A stretch of DNA of 62,786 bases, filler included, from Candidatus Woesearchaeota archaeon (GTDB lineage: Archaea > Nanobdellota > Nanobdellia > Woesearchaeales > GCA-2687795), in assembly GCA_030753365.1 (NCBI GenBank). It is 6 parts of 6 records of this genome, joined end to end, with 100 filler letters (N's around TTAATTAATTAA, not from the genome) between each part and the next. Parts side by side here need not be neighbours in the genome. Positions count along the whole stretch, not along the records: positions 8,828 to 33,804 come from JASMCJ010000015.1; positions 33,905 to 43,391 come from JASMCJ010000016.1; 4 more parts are not named here. One strand, given 5' to 3'. Below, in pieces: positions 30,147 through 40,942 of the stretch. The stretch's first letter is position 1, and each line of letters opens with the position of its first letter. The position numbers and the translations under genes were made by a program. The notes under the pieces are model-generated. The model was not told where the DNA came from, did not search any database, and saw only the letters and a program-made list of their open reading frames with translations.

Positions 30147-31070
30147 TTACTTCTTCTTTCTCTTCTTAATCTTCTTAATGTCCTTCTCAAGATTAAGCTT
30201 ATCAAGCAATTCTTTATATCTATTCCTAATAGTAACTTCTGTCACTCCAGCAACATCAGCAACCTCTCTCTGCGTTCTCTTCTCTCCATGAATCAATGCA
30301 GAAACATACAAAGATGCAGCAGCAATACCTGTTGGTCCTCTGCCAGAAGTAAGTTCAGCTCTCTGGGCCTTATCAAGTATTTCAATAGCCTTTGTCTGAG
30401 TATCTGCACTTAATTTAAGCGAAGATGCAAACCTTGCAATATAATCAGCAGGATTGCTTGGTAGTATTGTAATACCTAATTCTCTTGTAACGAACCTATA
30501 AGTTCTTCCAATCTCTTTCTTTTCAATTCCTGATGCCTCAGAAAGCTCATCAAGTGTTCTAGGCACTTCATGCCTTCTGCATGCAGCATACAATGCTCCA
30601 GCTACAACACTTTCCATAGATCTTCCTCTTACAAGTCCTTTCTGTACAGCAAGCGTATAAATCCTAGCGCTCTCCTCTTCAACAGACTTAGGCAATTTAA
30701 GATAAGAAGCAACTCTCTTCATTTCAGCCAATGCAAGCTTAAGATTTCTTTCAATAGCAGTGCTAATCCTATACTGCCATTTCCTTAATCTAAAGAATTT
30801 ATTTCTATCTTTGCCTCCAAGGCCATATAATTCAGATTTTCTACCAATATCAGTACCCATACCCTGATCAAACTGTGTATAGGTCATAGGGGCTCCTGTT
30901 CTCCTTCTTTTCTCCCCATCTTCAGAATCAAACTCTCTCCATTCTTGGGTGAAATCTACCATCTTGTCTTCTATAACAAGTCCACAATCTTTACAGATTA
31001 TTTCACCTTTATCTTTATTAAAGAAAAGGTTAATACTTCCACATTCAGGACATTTTTTAACATAACTCAT
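30147..31070 (-). CDS. tfb: Transcription initiation factor B
   Basis: Zn ribbon CPECG..CKDCG, EWREF, two cyclin repeats, VTEVTIRNRY. Confidence 0.97.
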   Translation of the reverse strand: MSYVKKCPECGSINLFFNKDKGEIICKDCGLVIEDKMVDFTQEWREFDSEDGEKRRRTGAPMTYTQFDQGMGTDIGRKSELYGLGGKDRNKFFRLRKWQYRISTAIERNLKLALAEMKRVASYLKLPKSVEEESARIYTLAVQKGLVRGRSMESVVAGALYAACRRHEVPRTLDELSEASGIEKKEIGRTYRFVTRELGITILPSNPADYIARFASSLKLSADTQTKAIEILDKAQRAELTSGRGPTGIAAASLYVSALIHGEKRTQREVADVAGVTEVTIRNRYKELLDKLNLEKDIKKIKKRKKK

Positions 31071-31289
31071 TTTAAGTCACCCACTAAATTATCATAATAT
31101 ATACTATAATTAGCGTCTATTATTAACAAAAATCTACCCCCAAAAAATATTCTTAATTTTTGTTATAATCTAATAAATACGATAAGTTTATATAGAAAAG
31201 AAGGTCACACTATATAAATCTTTCTATGATTTTTAGGTTTTTCACCAAATTTTCGCAAAAAACTTAAAGCCAAACATTTTATTTTACTC

Positions 31290-31955
31290 ATGAAGTTTCA
31301 ATGTAGGCATTGCAGCTTGTGCTGTTCAGACTCTACAATGCCTATAAACCTTACATTAGGGGACATATACAGAATAACTTCTTTCCTAAAAACAGAATTC
31401 AGCAAGCTTTTTTGGAACCATATTACAATATTTCCTTTCCCCAACCCAGAATATCCTCTTCTCTACGATTTTGAGCTTGGATTAAGGCTTCCCTGCAGGT
31501 TCAGGAAAAACCAAAGATGTTCCATATACAAAGCAAGACCATTAAACTGTAGATTATTTCCTTATTGGCTCCTTTCAAACCCTAACAAAGACGGCTACAA
31601 AGAATATATAGGGCCCATAAGAAAATGTATAAAGGATTATAAGGAAGACTCAATAAATAAAAAGAACTATCTTGAGTACAAACACAAAGTAGGCAACATA
31701 ATTCTCCAAGAATCATCCTTAACAGAACATCTTTTCTCAAAAAACAACCTTAAAAAGTCCATAAGTCTACCAGGGGATCTTCCTTTCCCTCCTTCCATCC
31801 CTAAACAAAAAGAAATTTGGAAGATTATGCTCTGCAGTAAGAAAATAAACAAAGTAGACTATAAAGAACTACCTCATATAATAGCACATGCACTTAAAGA
31901 TAACACCTTTCATACCGTCGAAGAATTAGAAATAATAGATCAAATCATTACTTGA
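31290..31955 (+). CDS. YkgJ-family Cys-cluster protein
   Basis: CRHCSLCC; C.F...CSIY..RP..CR.FP. Confidence 0.8.
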   Translation: MKFQCRHCSLCCSDSTMPINLTLGDIYRITSFLKTEFSKLFWNHITIFPFPNPEYPLLYDFELGLRLPCRFRKNQRCSIYKARPLNCRLFPYWLLSNPNKDGYKEYIGPIRKCIKDYKEDSINKKNYLEYKHKVGNIILQESSLTEHLFSKNNLKKSISLPGDLPFPPSIPKQKEIWKIMLCSKKINKVDYKELPHIIAHALKDNTFHTVEELEIIDQIIT

Positions 31956-31965
31956 AATATTTTTT

Positions 31966-32619
31966 TCATTCTTTTATTCTAGAAAATCTCCAGCATCCTA
32001 CTTTAAACCTGTAAATCTTTCTTTTATGATAAGACAAACTGGATTTAATGGGAAAATCAAACTCCCACAAGTGAGTCACTTCAAATCCTCTCTCCTCTGC
32101 AAACTTTTCTACAAATTGAGCGCAATTCAGCTTATGAAATGAATAAACAACATCACTAATCTTAAACGCTGCCTCAAGAAATGCAGCATCAGCTCCTTTA
32201 TCCTTAACTCCAAAAGGAGGATTCTGCATAACAACATCACACTTCCCTTCAAAATCCTTATTCATATCCAAATTCTTAACATCTTTCTCTATGAGAACTC
32301 TATTTTCCTTCTTTAACTGCTCACTTTTAACAGAAATAAGATTCTTCTTTGCTATTTCAAGTGCATCTTTATCATTATCCACAAAAAAAACCTTCTTAGC
32401 ACCCAACAAAAGCGCTCCAATACCTAAAATGCCTGTCCCACAACCAAGGTCTACTATAACCTTATCTTCTATATCTCCTATCAGGAAAGCATTCCAAAGT
32501 ATTTCAGCCCCTATCTCAGCATCCATAGGATACTGCTCAATCCCTACTTTTGGGCTTTCAAACACCTTCAGCCTTGATAAATTTATAGCTAAACCCGATT
32601 TTGATGCCTTTTTTGCCAT
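31966..32619 (-). CDS. METTL5-like N6-adenine RNA methyltransferase
   Basis: EQY, DLGCGTG, NPPFG. Confidence 0.88.
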   Translation of the reverse strand: MAKKASKSGLAINLSRLKVFESPKVGIEQYPMDAEIGAEILWNAFLIGDIEDKVIVDLGCGTGILGIGALLLGAKKVFFVDNDKDALEIAKKNLISVKSEQLKKENRVLIEKDVKNLDMNKDFEGKCDVVMQNPPFGVKDKGADAAFLEAAFKISDVVYSFHKLNCAQFVEKFAEERGFEVTHLWEFDFPIKSSLSYHKRKIYRFKVGCWRFSRIKE

Positions 32620-32894
32620 TCTAACTCTCACTTTTGGGGCATTTTAGCCCTAATTTTGCATATTTATACTATTTATCTTCTATTATTTATTAATTATCTA
32701 TTAATATATTATATTTGCTTCATTAATAAACTTATTTATCCTATCTAAATCATACCATTTTTCCTTAAAATTATTCTTCAAATTTGCTTAAATATTTTAA
32801 TCATGTTTCTCTAAAATATTTTTTATTTTTTCTTATTTTTCTTCAACATCTTCCTACTAAATATCCTATTTAATATATCATTCTGCCTTCATTT

Positions 32895-33214
32895 TTGTCT
32901 CTTTTTTAGTCCCAATAAACTGTCTCGAGACAATCCTTGGACAATTTCTGCATTGTCTCACGTTGTCCCATTTTGTCTCAAAGAAAAATATCTTCGACGG
33001 GGTTAATCTTCTATTGTCTCATTATTGTCTCACATTGTCTCAAATATGTCTTGAGACAATCCTTTATCTCTACAAATTGTCTCATTTTCTACTTATATTT
33101 TCACCTGTTCTTCTTTATCGTCGTAGCAACACTCGTCCTCTCCTCATCAATTCTCTCATATCTTCTTAGTCCCATATTGTCTCACATTGTCCCAAAAGTT
33201 GTCCCATTGTCTCA
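32895..33214 (+). repeat. Phased TTGTCYCA octamer array next to an AT-rich tract
   Basis: 11 exact direct copies plus 1 inverted; two TGTCTYGAGACAATCCTT palindromic units. Confidence 0.9.
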
Positions 33215-33267
33215 GCGGGGTGATATTTATAGAAAAACTTATATATATAATCCCCTAGAAAGACTAT

Positions 33268-33804
33268 ATGGTCTGGCCATTCACTAAAAATCACACAAAT
33301 AGAAAACTAAGAAATCTTCACATTCAACTAATCAGGTCTTTCAGCAAGATAAAACAAGACATGGCTCACACAAATCAATGGATACACTTTCTCTATAAAC
33401 AAAATCTAAATATGGAAGACTCCTTAAACAACTTATCTCAAAAATTCGACGACGCTGCCCAAAACTCAGACACGGGTAAAATCATGCAGCTATATTCTTC
33501 CTTCAACGAAATCCAATCTAAGGTTTCATCGTTAAAATCACAAGTAGAAAACATCCCTCATTCCAACAATTCAATCATCTCAAAAATTGATGCTCTAATG
33601 GTCAGAATGGACAGCATATCCTCTAGGGTAGACTACATAGAAACCAAAAAGCCAGTACCTCAAAAAAGCACTTCAAAAAACAATCTTCAAAAAGTGATAC
33701 TTAAAGATCTAGACAAAAAATCCAAGGATTACATAAGCAATTTCATCTTCTCCTTAATAAAAAAATATGAGAAAATATCAGCTTCCCAGCTGAAAAGAAT
33801 CGTC
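33268..33804 (+). CDS. Coiled-coil protein, probably with a C-terminal wHTH (truncated by contig end)
   Basis: SFSKIKQDM coiled coil; ends ..LIKKYEKISASQLKRIV. Confidence 0.7.
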
Positions 33805-33904
33805 NNNNNNNNNNNNNNNNNNNNNNNNNNNNNNNNNNNNNNNNNNNNTTAATTAATTAANNNNNNNNNNNNNNNNNNNNNNNNNNNNNNNNNNNNNNNN
33901 NNNN
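33805..33904. other. Artificial contig linker
   Basis: N-run with TTAATTAATTAA. Confidence 0.98.
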
Positions 33905-34086
33905 ACAAACAGCTCTTCTATTGTTGTTTTTAACGCTTTTGCAACATCATGCGCTAACTGAAGGGAGGGATTGTATTTTCCCTTCTCTAAGAATACAATG
34001 GTTTCCCTTCTGACTCCAACTTTCTTTGCGAGATCTTCTTGTGTAAAATCATATCTTGCTCTGAACTCTTTGATTCGTGTTTTCAT
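33905..34086 (-). CDS. Xre/Cro HTH regulator
   Basis: [28 protein letters not shown]. Confidence 0.9.
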
Positions 34087-34516
34087 CAAAATCTTACCTT
34101 GTCAATGTCTTCTTTTTTATTATACCAAAGATAGGTTATCCCTAATATTAAGGCCATACCAATTATACCTGCTCAAGAGCCTGTGAAGGATCTCTGAACT
34201 GAATATACTCATCTGATGCCCAAGCCAATATCAACAAATACCAGATTGATATGACAAATGCTTTAGCTGCTGCTACAAGAAAAACTTTATTGATTCTTTC
34301 ATCAACAAGAGGCATCCCTTTTTCAGCTTCACTATATCTATTTTTTAAATACTTGAATCCTATCACTACAGTAAAAATTCCAATAATAATTGCCACCATA
34401 GGGATTGTTGTTTGACCATTCTTGAAAGCGACAAGCGCATATATAATTAGGGAAAGTAAAACTAGAATGGATACAGTTGTGATTCCAGATAATAACGTTT
34501 TATCAGTTTTTTTCAT
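34086..34516 (-). pseudogene. DUF2178-like membrane protein with a 1-nt frameshift near 34175
   Basis: DER motif; restoring one G gives QALGAGIIGMALILGITYLWY..RF* whose TGA overlaps the HTH ATG. Confidence 0.7.
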
Positions 34517-34709
34517 TTTTCTCACCTTGTTATCTTATTTTAACATTTTGTTAGTTAATTTTAACATTATGTTAGAAATAGATAACATAACTTCTATATA
34601 AACTTTTCGAAAACAAAATGTTTTCGAAGCTACGAACAAAGCGAGTATGTTTCTATTTATATGCTAAACAATCACAATATTTATATTAAAGTATTATTTT
34701 ACACTTAGA

Positions 34710-35234
34710 ATGGAACTTAAAGACAAAATCAGGACAGTGCCTCATTTTCCAAAGCAAGGTATATTTTTTAAAGATATTACAACATTATTACAAGATCCTC
34801 ATGCATTCAGGCATGTTATAAGAGAGATGTTGAATCATTTTGATGGTAAGAAAATAAATATAGTAGCCTGCGCAGAAAGCAGGGGCTTTATCTTTGGAGC
34901 TGTTTTGGCTCATGAGCTTCATGCAAGTTTTGTTCCTTTAAGAAAGCCAGGCAAACTGCCTTCTAAAACAATTAAACAGGAGTTTAAGACAGAATATAGC
35001 ACTGACGCTTTTGAGATTCATGAAGACGCTGTTAAGGAAGGAGATAATATTTTAATTGTTGATGATCTATTAGCAACAGGCGGCACAAGCAAGGCTGCCT
35101 GTGATCTTATTAATAAGCTAAAAGGCAATATTGTCGGCATGGCATTCCTTATAGAGCTTACTTTCCTTAAAGGCAGAGACTTATTAAAGGATTATGATAT
35201 CTTCTCTTTGATATCATACGATAAAGAGGAATAA
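34710..35234 (+). CDS. apt: Adenine phosphoribosyltransferase
   Basis: FKDITTLL, ESRGFIFG, RKPGKLP, VDDLLATGGT. Confidence 0.96.
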   Translation: MELKDKIRTVPHFPKQGIFFKDITTLLQDPHAFRHVIREMLNHFDGKKINIVACAESRGFIFGAVLAHELHASFVPLRKPGKLPSKTIKQEFKTEYSTDAFEIHEDAVKEGDNILIVDDLLATGGTSKAACDLINKLKGNIVGMAFLIELTFLKGRDLLKDYDIFSLISYDKEE

Positions 35235-35235
35235 A

Positions 35236-35394
35236 ATGGAAAACCAATTATTAGTCACATTAACTATTGGACTGGCAATTCTCACAGTTTATAATCTTTA
35301 CAAACTAATGAACAAGCCTTCTGACGACGTCAAGACAGAAATCAATGATATTATTAATTCTGATAAGTATAAAGTTAAAGGAAGATATGACTAA
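35236..35394 (+). CDS. 52-aa membrane microprotein, absent from the ORF track
   Basis: MENQLLVTLTIGLAILTVY...DIINSDKYKVKGRYD; GAGG upstream, directly after apt. Confidence 0.6.
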   Translation: MENQLLVTLTIGLAILTVYNLYKLMNKPSDDVKTEINDIINSDKYKVKGRYD

Positions 35395-35933
35395 GAATAG
35401 ACCTGCTTCAATAAATCAGATTTTGTTATTATTCCTTTTAGTTCTCCGCTTTTCCCAACAACTACTATAGGAAAATGCCTTAACAAATTAGAAACAACCT
35501 CAATGCTTGTTTTTATTGAAACTACTGGCGGCGCATCTTCCATGATGTCTTTCACAGTGTTTCCTTTTTTGCTCATTAAAGAATCCAAGATTATTGATTC
35601 TGATACTAATCCGACTAGTTTGCCGCCATCTACCACAGGCAGTTGTGATATTGCATGCTTTTTCATTGTTTCTATAACATCTTTAATCTTTTTATCAGAA
35701 CTTACTGATACTATCTTCTTGTGTATCATGCTTCCTGCTTTGACTTCATTTTTCTTATTGAGCTGTTCCAATGCATCAAAGATTTTAACAGTTTTTGAAT
35801 AGGTTGGATCTATTCTTTCAGATTCTATTTTAGCTATTAAGGATTGGGATACCCCAGCAAATTTTGCTAGCTGGCTTTGCGTTAACCCGCTTCTTTTCCT
35901 TATTTGCTTTATTTCGTTTAGTTCAAAGTCCAT
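35391..35933 (-). CDS. HTH-CBS transcriptional regulator
   Basis: LTQSQLA..AGVSQSLIAKIE then tandem CBS domains. Confidence 0.9.
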   Translation of the reverse strand: MDFELNEIKQIRKRSGLTQSQLAKFAGVSQSLIAKIESERIDPTYSKTVKIFDALEQLNKKNEVKAGSMIHKKIVSVSSDKKIKDVIETMKKHAISQLPVVDGGKLVGLVSESIILDSLMSKKGNTVKDIMEDAPPVVSIKTSIEVVSNLLRHFPIVVVGKSGELKGIITKSDLLKQVYS

Positions 35934-36058
35934 AGTAAAAAGAAATTCCAAGCAGTATTTATATCTTTTGTTTTTATTCCGATAGGAATATTATTTTCAT
36001 AAGTCTTTATATAAGACTGCAATCAAATTAATTGAAAGTAAACGTAAGGAGGTTTAAT

Positions 36059-36481
36059 ATGGTAGTCAATACAGACTCGGAGTTGGGATTCAGAGCCATT
36101 GATCTTTTTTGGGAGGTTAACGAAGATAAATTAGTAGGCCTGCCTGAGAGGCTGCAGAGAAAAATTGTTAAGATAAGTCATGGAGAAGAAAGGGAAGTGT
36201 ATACAATTTATCATATCAACGAATATTATCCTAATCTTAATTATGTAGGATTACCTGATGGAAAGCTGACTTTGGGTAGATCAACTCCAGATCCAGAAAC
36301 TGCTAGGTTTAAACCTATTGAAGGATTAATCCCTGTTCCTTGTAGGTCACTTTCCGATATGTATGGTGATGCGGTTGATAGAGGCTATAGACAAAACAAA
36401 GGAACATTTATTGAACATATATATCCTTCTGTAAGAGAAGATTTTCTCAAACAATTAACAAACGAGGTGCAAACAATATGA
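36059..36481 (+). CDS. Hypothetical protein
   Basis: GGAGG upstream; TGA overlaps ATG 36478. Confidence 0.6.
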   Translation: MVVNTDSELGFRAIDLFWEVNEDKLVGLPERLQRKIVKISHGEEREVYTIYHINEYYPNLNYVGLPDGKLTLGRSTPDPETARFKPIEGLIPVPCRSLSDMYGDAVDRGYRQNKGTFIEHIYPSVREDFLKQLTNEVQTI

Positions 36482-36501
36482 AAGAAAAGAAAATATTAAC
36501 A
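36478..36501 (+). pseudogene. Orphan metK 5' fragment (MKEKKILT)
   Basis: Matches met[10 protein letters not shown]; has GAGGTG SD; frame closes after 17 codons. Confidence 0.65.
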
Positions 36502-36593
36502 TATAAAATGATATACTATAAAAAGATTTAAAAATGAGACCTTATCCTTTTTTTAATAAGATTATACATTTCCAATATAATATTAACAATAAT

Positions 36594-37418
36594 ATGAAAA
36601 ATATAATCTCACAATCAAAAAAAGAAAATTATCTATCTTTTATTAAGTCTAATTTTAATAATTTATCTCAAAGAGAGATAGCCAGAAGATTAAATCTCGG
36701 AAAGACAACCATAAACAGATGGGCAGGAGAGGTTGGATTAAGATTCAAAAGACATACAGTTAATGAAGATTTTTTTAATGAGTTTAATGAACAATCATCT
36801 TACATCCTTGGACTTATTTCCTCAGATGGAAATATTTCTTGGAATACTAAAGAAGGTTATTATACTATCACAATTACTGCTTCTGAAAAAGATAAGGAAC
36901 ATCTGGAAAATATTAGAAAGATATTATCAAGTACAAAACCATTAATTTATTCTCTAAAAACTAAATCATATAGATTAATCATAAATAATAAAAATATATG
37001 TAAGAGATTAATGGGGTTAGGTATTACCCCAAGAAAATCATTAACACTAAAATTTCCAGTAATCCCAAAAGAACAACTAAGACATTTTATACGTGGTGTA
37101 ATAGATGGTGATGGCCATGTAAGGTATGTTAAAAGGAAAAAGAGTTCATATTTTGAAATAACAATCTCTTCTGGATCTAAAATATTTTGTGAAGGATTTA
37201 TTAAATCAATAAAAGATTGTATTGGAATAAACACAAATCTCAGAAAAATTGGAGAAAACACATATATCATTCAATATTCATGTTCAAGAGGAGAAAAATT
37301 AGCTGAATTTATTTATTCTAATGCAAATACCTTCTTAGGAAGAAAGTATTTGCCATATAAAAACAATATTTTGGAGGATGAGAAAAATGGTAAAAGAAAA
37401 ACGTCTATTAACAAGTGA
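36594..37418 (+). CDS. Free-standing HTH + double-motif LAGLIDADG endonuclease (start 36534 or 36594)
   Basis: [39 protein letters not shown]; no intein splice motifs. Confidence 0.85.
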   Translation: MKNIISQSKKENYLSFIKSNFNNLSQREIARRLNLGKTTINRWAGEVGLRFKRHTVNEDFFNEFNEQSSYILGLISSDGNISWNTKEGYYTITITASEKDKEHLENIRKILSSTKPLIYSLKTKSYRLIINNKNICKRLMGLGITPRKSLTLKFPVIPKEQLRHFIRGVIDGDGHVRYVKRKKSSYFEITISSGSKIFCEGFIKSIKDCIGINTNLRKIGENTYIIQYSCSRGEKLAEFIYSNANTFLGRKYLPYKNNILEDEKNGKRKTSINK

Positions 37419-38556
37419 GAGTGTTACGGAAGGGCACCCAGACAAAATGTCAGATAAAATATCAGATGCATTATTGGATGAGGCAATAAGGCAAGACCCT
37501 ATGTCAAGAGCTGGGATTGAAACTGCAACTAAGAACGGAGGAATAACTGTATTTGGTGAGGTAACAACAAAAGGTTATGTTGATGTGCCTGCTGTTGTAA
37601 GAGAAACAATAAAGAAGATAGGCTACACTAAATCTGACTATGGCATTGAATGGGAAACCTGCAGTGTATGGGTACAGATAACAGAACAAAGTCCTGATAT
37701 TTCACAAGGTGTTAGCGAAGGTAAAGGTCTTCACAAGGAACAGGGCGCTGGTGACCAGGGCATGATGTACGGTTTTGCATGTGATGAAACTCCTGAACTT
37801 ATGCCTATGCCTATAATATATGCTCATAAACTAGTACAGAAGCTTAGTGAGGTAAGAAGAAACAAAGAGATAACATACCTTAGGCCTGATGGAAAATCAC
37901 AAGTTACTGTCGAATACGATGATACTGGAAAGCCTTTAAGGATTGATACAGTTGTAATATCAACACAGCATGATGATGGAATACCCCATGAGGATATAAG
38001 AAAGGACATTATCTCAAAGGTTATAAGACCTATATGCGGTGAATTTATTGACGAAAAAACAATCTTCCATGTTAATCCCACTGGAGCTTTCGTAAGAGGC
38101 GGCCCTTATGCTGACGCTGGTCTTACTGGAAGAAAGATTATTGTTGATACTTATGGTGGCATTGGAAGGCATGGCGGAGGCGCTTTTTCAGGCAAAGATC
38201 CTTCTAAGGTTGACAGGAGCGCAACATATGTTGCAAGGTATATTGCAAAGAATATTGTGGGTGCAGGCCTTGCAAAGAAGTGCGAGGTTCAGCTTGCTTA
38301 TGCTATAGGTGTTGCAGACCCTGTTTCTGTTAATATTGACACTTTCGGCACAAACAAGATTCCTGATGAGAAGATAGTCGAACTTGTGAGAAAGCATTTT
38401 CCTTTAAAGCCTGCAGATATCTTAAAGACATTAGACTTGAGAAGGCCAATTTATGCAAAGACTGCAGCATATGGTCATTTCGGAAGAGATGATCCTGACT
38501 TCACATGGGAAAAGCTTGACAAGGTTGATGTTTTGAAACAGGAAGCAGGGATATAA
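37387..38556 (+). CDS. metK: S-adenosylmethionine synthetase, bacterial type
   Basis: [31 protein letters not shown]. Confidence 0.97.
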   Translation: MVKEKRLLTSESVTEGHPDKMSDKISDALLDEAIRQDPMSRAGIETATKNGGITVFGEVTTKGYVDVPAVVRETIKKIGYTKSDYGIEWETCSVWVQITEQSPDISQGVSEGKGLHKEQGAGDQGMMYGFACDETPELMPMPIIYAHKLVQKLSEVRRNKEITYLRPDGKSQVTVEYDDTGKPLRIDTVVISTQHDDGIPHEDIRKDIISKVIRPICGEFIDEKTIFHVNPTGAFVRGGPYADAGLTGRKIIVDTYGGIGRHGGGAFSGKDPSKVDRSATYVARYIAKNIVGAGLAKKCEVQLAYAIGVADPVSVNIDTFGTNKIPDEKIVELVRKHFPLKPADILKTLDLRRPIYAKTAAYGHFGRDDPDFTWEKLDKVDVLKQEAGI

Positions 38557-38641
38557 GCTATCCTTTTCTTTATTTTATTCTTAATATGTAACTATCCTAG
38601 AGGGATGAATATAGAAAGATTTATATGCTGGCCTTTACATA

Positions 38642-39328
38642 ATGTGTGTTATGGAAATGAATAATACACTTTATGAATTACTGAAGGAAGTGTTTGAGAT
38701 TGATGATGATAATAGAGCTAAATCTATCGCTTCTAAACAAGATTCTGATTATTTTGAAAAAAAGTTCAAGAGATTAGAGGGAATTATAGGCGGAGATGCT
38801 GCATATGATATTGTTAGTAACGGAAAATTTGCAGATTATAGAAACGCACATCTTAATGAATATCTTGCCTTAGCTTCAGAAGTAAGTGATATTATAAAAG
38901 AAAGAATGTTCGAACCAAGCTTGAAGCAGGATTGGTTTTATTCTATATTTTATTCTATAGAATCTTTAACGGATTTTATGGTAAATCCAGACTATGGTAA
39001 TAGGAAGAAAGAAATTCTTGATCCAAAGTTGAAGCAGTACCTTTTATTTAATCCATCTAGTGAACAATCTAAAGGATATTTGAATGACTTAATCACAAAT
39101 GGGTCAATAAGGGTTGGTAATCACGAGCATTGGTCTACAAATGGAGCAACTGGTACAAGGGAAAATAATATTCTTAAGAAAATAGGATACGAGTTGAATC
39201 TCGCATTTAATTCTATGAATTATGAAAAGCCAGGTATTCAAATCAATTTTGGTCAGAATACGATAACAATAGACGAAAAAGACCATAAGAATTTAAGGTC
39301 ACTTAGAGATAGAGCTTATAATGGGTAA
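38642..39328 (+). CDS. Hypothetical protein
   Basis: 228-aa ORF. Confidence 0.6.
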   Translation: MCVMEMNNTLYELLKEVFEIDDDNRAKSIASKQDSDYFEKKFKRLEGIIGGDAAYDIVSNGKFADYRNAHLNEYLALASEVSDIIKERMFEPSLKQDWFYSIFYSIESLTDFMVNPDYGNRKKEILDPKLKQYLLFNPSSEQSKGYLNDLITNGSIRVGNHEHWSTNGATGTRENNILKKIGYELNLAFNSMNYEKPGIQINFGQNTITIDEKDHKNLRSLRDRAYNG

Positions 39329-39357
39329 ATTCTGGATTAAGAATATATGGTTCTTTT

Positions 39358-40101
39358 TTATCTTATCTTCACCCTTAACCCAGGATATTCTTTTAAACAG
39401 AATTCTTTAAGGTTTTCTAAAAACTTCTCTGAAGCCGGCTGTATATTCTCCATGTTCTTATCAACCAGTTCTTTTTCATTCTCAAACTGCTGAAGAACCC
39501 ATATACAATTCAATCCATCTATCAACCTTGCTATTTCAAGCAAATCTTCTTTCTTATACACCAAAGAAGGAACTATTACTGTTTTGATTTCTAGTTCAAC
39601 ATTTTCATGATATTTCCTCAACACATTAATGGTTTCTTTTATACCATCCATTATCTCTTCTGTTTTTGTGAAGAATGTTTTTGAATTAGTAACTCTTGAG
39701 AATACATCGTTGCTAAAGGGTGATTTAATATCAAGAGAAATGAAATCCAATAATTCAAGAGAAAGAAGTTCTCTTATTACATTAGGCTTTGAACCATTTG
39801 TGTCAATTCCAACCTTAAGCTCTTTGCTTTTGAAGTGTTTCGCCAGAGTTATTAAAGCCATCCTTTGCAGGCAGGGTTCGCCTCCAGAGAATATCACAGA
39901 TTCTATCATGTCTTCATGCTTTTTTATTTCACTGGTTATTACTTTTAAATCCGTTAAGAATTCCTGCCTGGACTCAAGCATCTCAGGGTTATAACAATAT
40001 CTGCATCTGAAATCACAACCTCCAAAGAAGATTACTGCGCTCAGCTTGCCAAACCATTCTGTTGTTGATAAGGGCACTATCCCGCTTATGAATGCTTGCA
40101 T
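39358..40101 (-). CDS. nrdG: Anaerobic RNR-activating radical SAM protein
   Basis: GCDFRCRYCYN, SGGEP, DTNGS, LDIK. Confidence 0.82.
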   Translation of the reverse strand: MQAFISGIVPLSTTEWFGKLSAVIFFGGCDFRCRYCYNPEMLESRQEFLTDLKVITSEIKKHEDMIESVIFSGGEPCLQRMALITLAKHFKSKELKVGIDTNGSKPNVIRELLSLELLDFISLDIKSPFSNDVFSRVTNSKTFFTKTEEIMDGIKETINVLRKYHENVELEIKTVIVPSLVYKKEDLLEIARLIDGLNCIWVLQQFENEKELVDKNMENIQPASEKFLENLKEFCLKEYPGLRVKIR

Positions 40102-40149
40102 TGGATAATAGAAGGCTATATGAATTATAAAAATGTTTCTTGTGAATGG

Positions 40150-40776
40150 TTACAATTTACTTCCTTCAGTCAAATATACAGACCTTGACATAACTTCCAC
40201 ATAATCTTTAGGCTTTATGCGTGGCTGTTCTGATAAGAAAAGGCCTAAAAAAGATTCAGGAGGTCTGTAGCTTTCAATAACTACTCCTACCCCATAAACA
40301 TACTGAGGTGGAGGAATATCTAATCTCTCATACACATACTTCGCCAAGAATGCTGTTGACAAAATAGCAATTCCAAGAATTAATTTACGAGGAAGATTAT
40401 CAGCTTGCAGCACATCCTTTGTTCGTAATATAAAATAGTGCTTGCATACATCTATTTCGCTTCGAACATCTTTAAAAAAATCAACAACCTTATCAACTTT
40501 TTCTTTCCTTGCTCTTATTTTATATTCTTCTAATAATTCTTTATGTGCTTGGTATGATTTCCAGACTGAAGTTCTTACTTCACTATGTATCTTATCACCC
40601 ATACTATTTAAGATACGAGTTAATTCTAAATCATCAATTTCAGAACCATAGTCCTTAAGAACATCATCTACGGTTCCCTCATCAAAAAGAGGTTTTCCTC
40701 TGATTTCTGTGGCAAGTATTTCCTTAACTTCATCCTCTGTAAAGTAATCCTCAAAATCATTATCTTTTCTTTCCAT
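40150..40776 (-). CDS. Hypothetical membrane protein
   Basis: One TM segment. Confidence 0.55.
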   Translation of the reverse strand: MERKDNDFEDYFTEDEVKEILATEIRGKPLFDEGTVDDVLKDYGSEIDDLELTRILNSMGDKIHSEVRTSVWKSYQAHKELLEEYKIRARKEKVDKVVDFFKDVRSEIDVCKHYFILRTKDVLQADNLPRKLILGIAILSTAFLAKYVYERLDIPPPQYVYGVGVVIESYRPPESFLGLFLSEQPRIKPKDYVEVMSRSVYLTEGSKL

Positions 40777-40942
40777 TCTTAAATAAAATAGAGATTTTTA
40801 TTTAAATCTTTTTGCAATAACAACTTTAAGGTAGTGCATACAAACCAAATACCCTTCAATCTATCCCAGTATACAAAAACATAACATTTATATATTAGCC
40901 AATAGTCTAATTTTATTAAAATAAAACCAAGAGGTGGAAAAC

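Noticed and set aside
32937..33287. ORFs 32937..33287 and 32963..33169
   Set aside because: Translations of the octamer array, with non-ATG starts and no protein-like features.
36502..37413. Endonuclease as an intein or spliced mRNA intron of metK (likewise for rtcB)
   Set aside because: Not in frame (antisense for rtcB), no intein splice residues, no evident BHB or group I core, and the host genes are complete without splicing.
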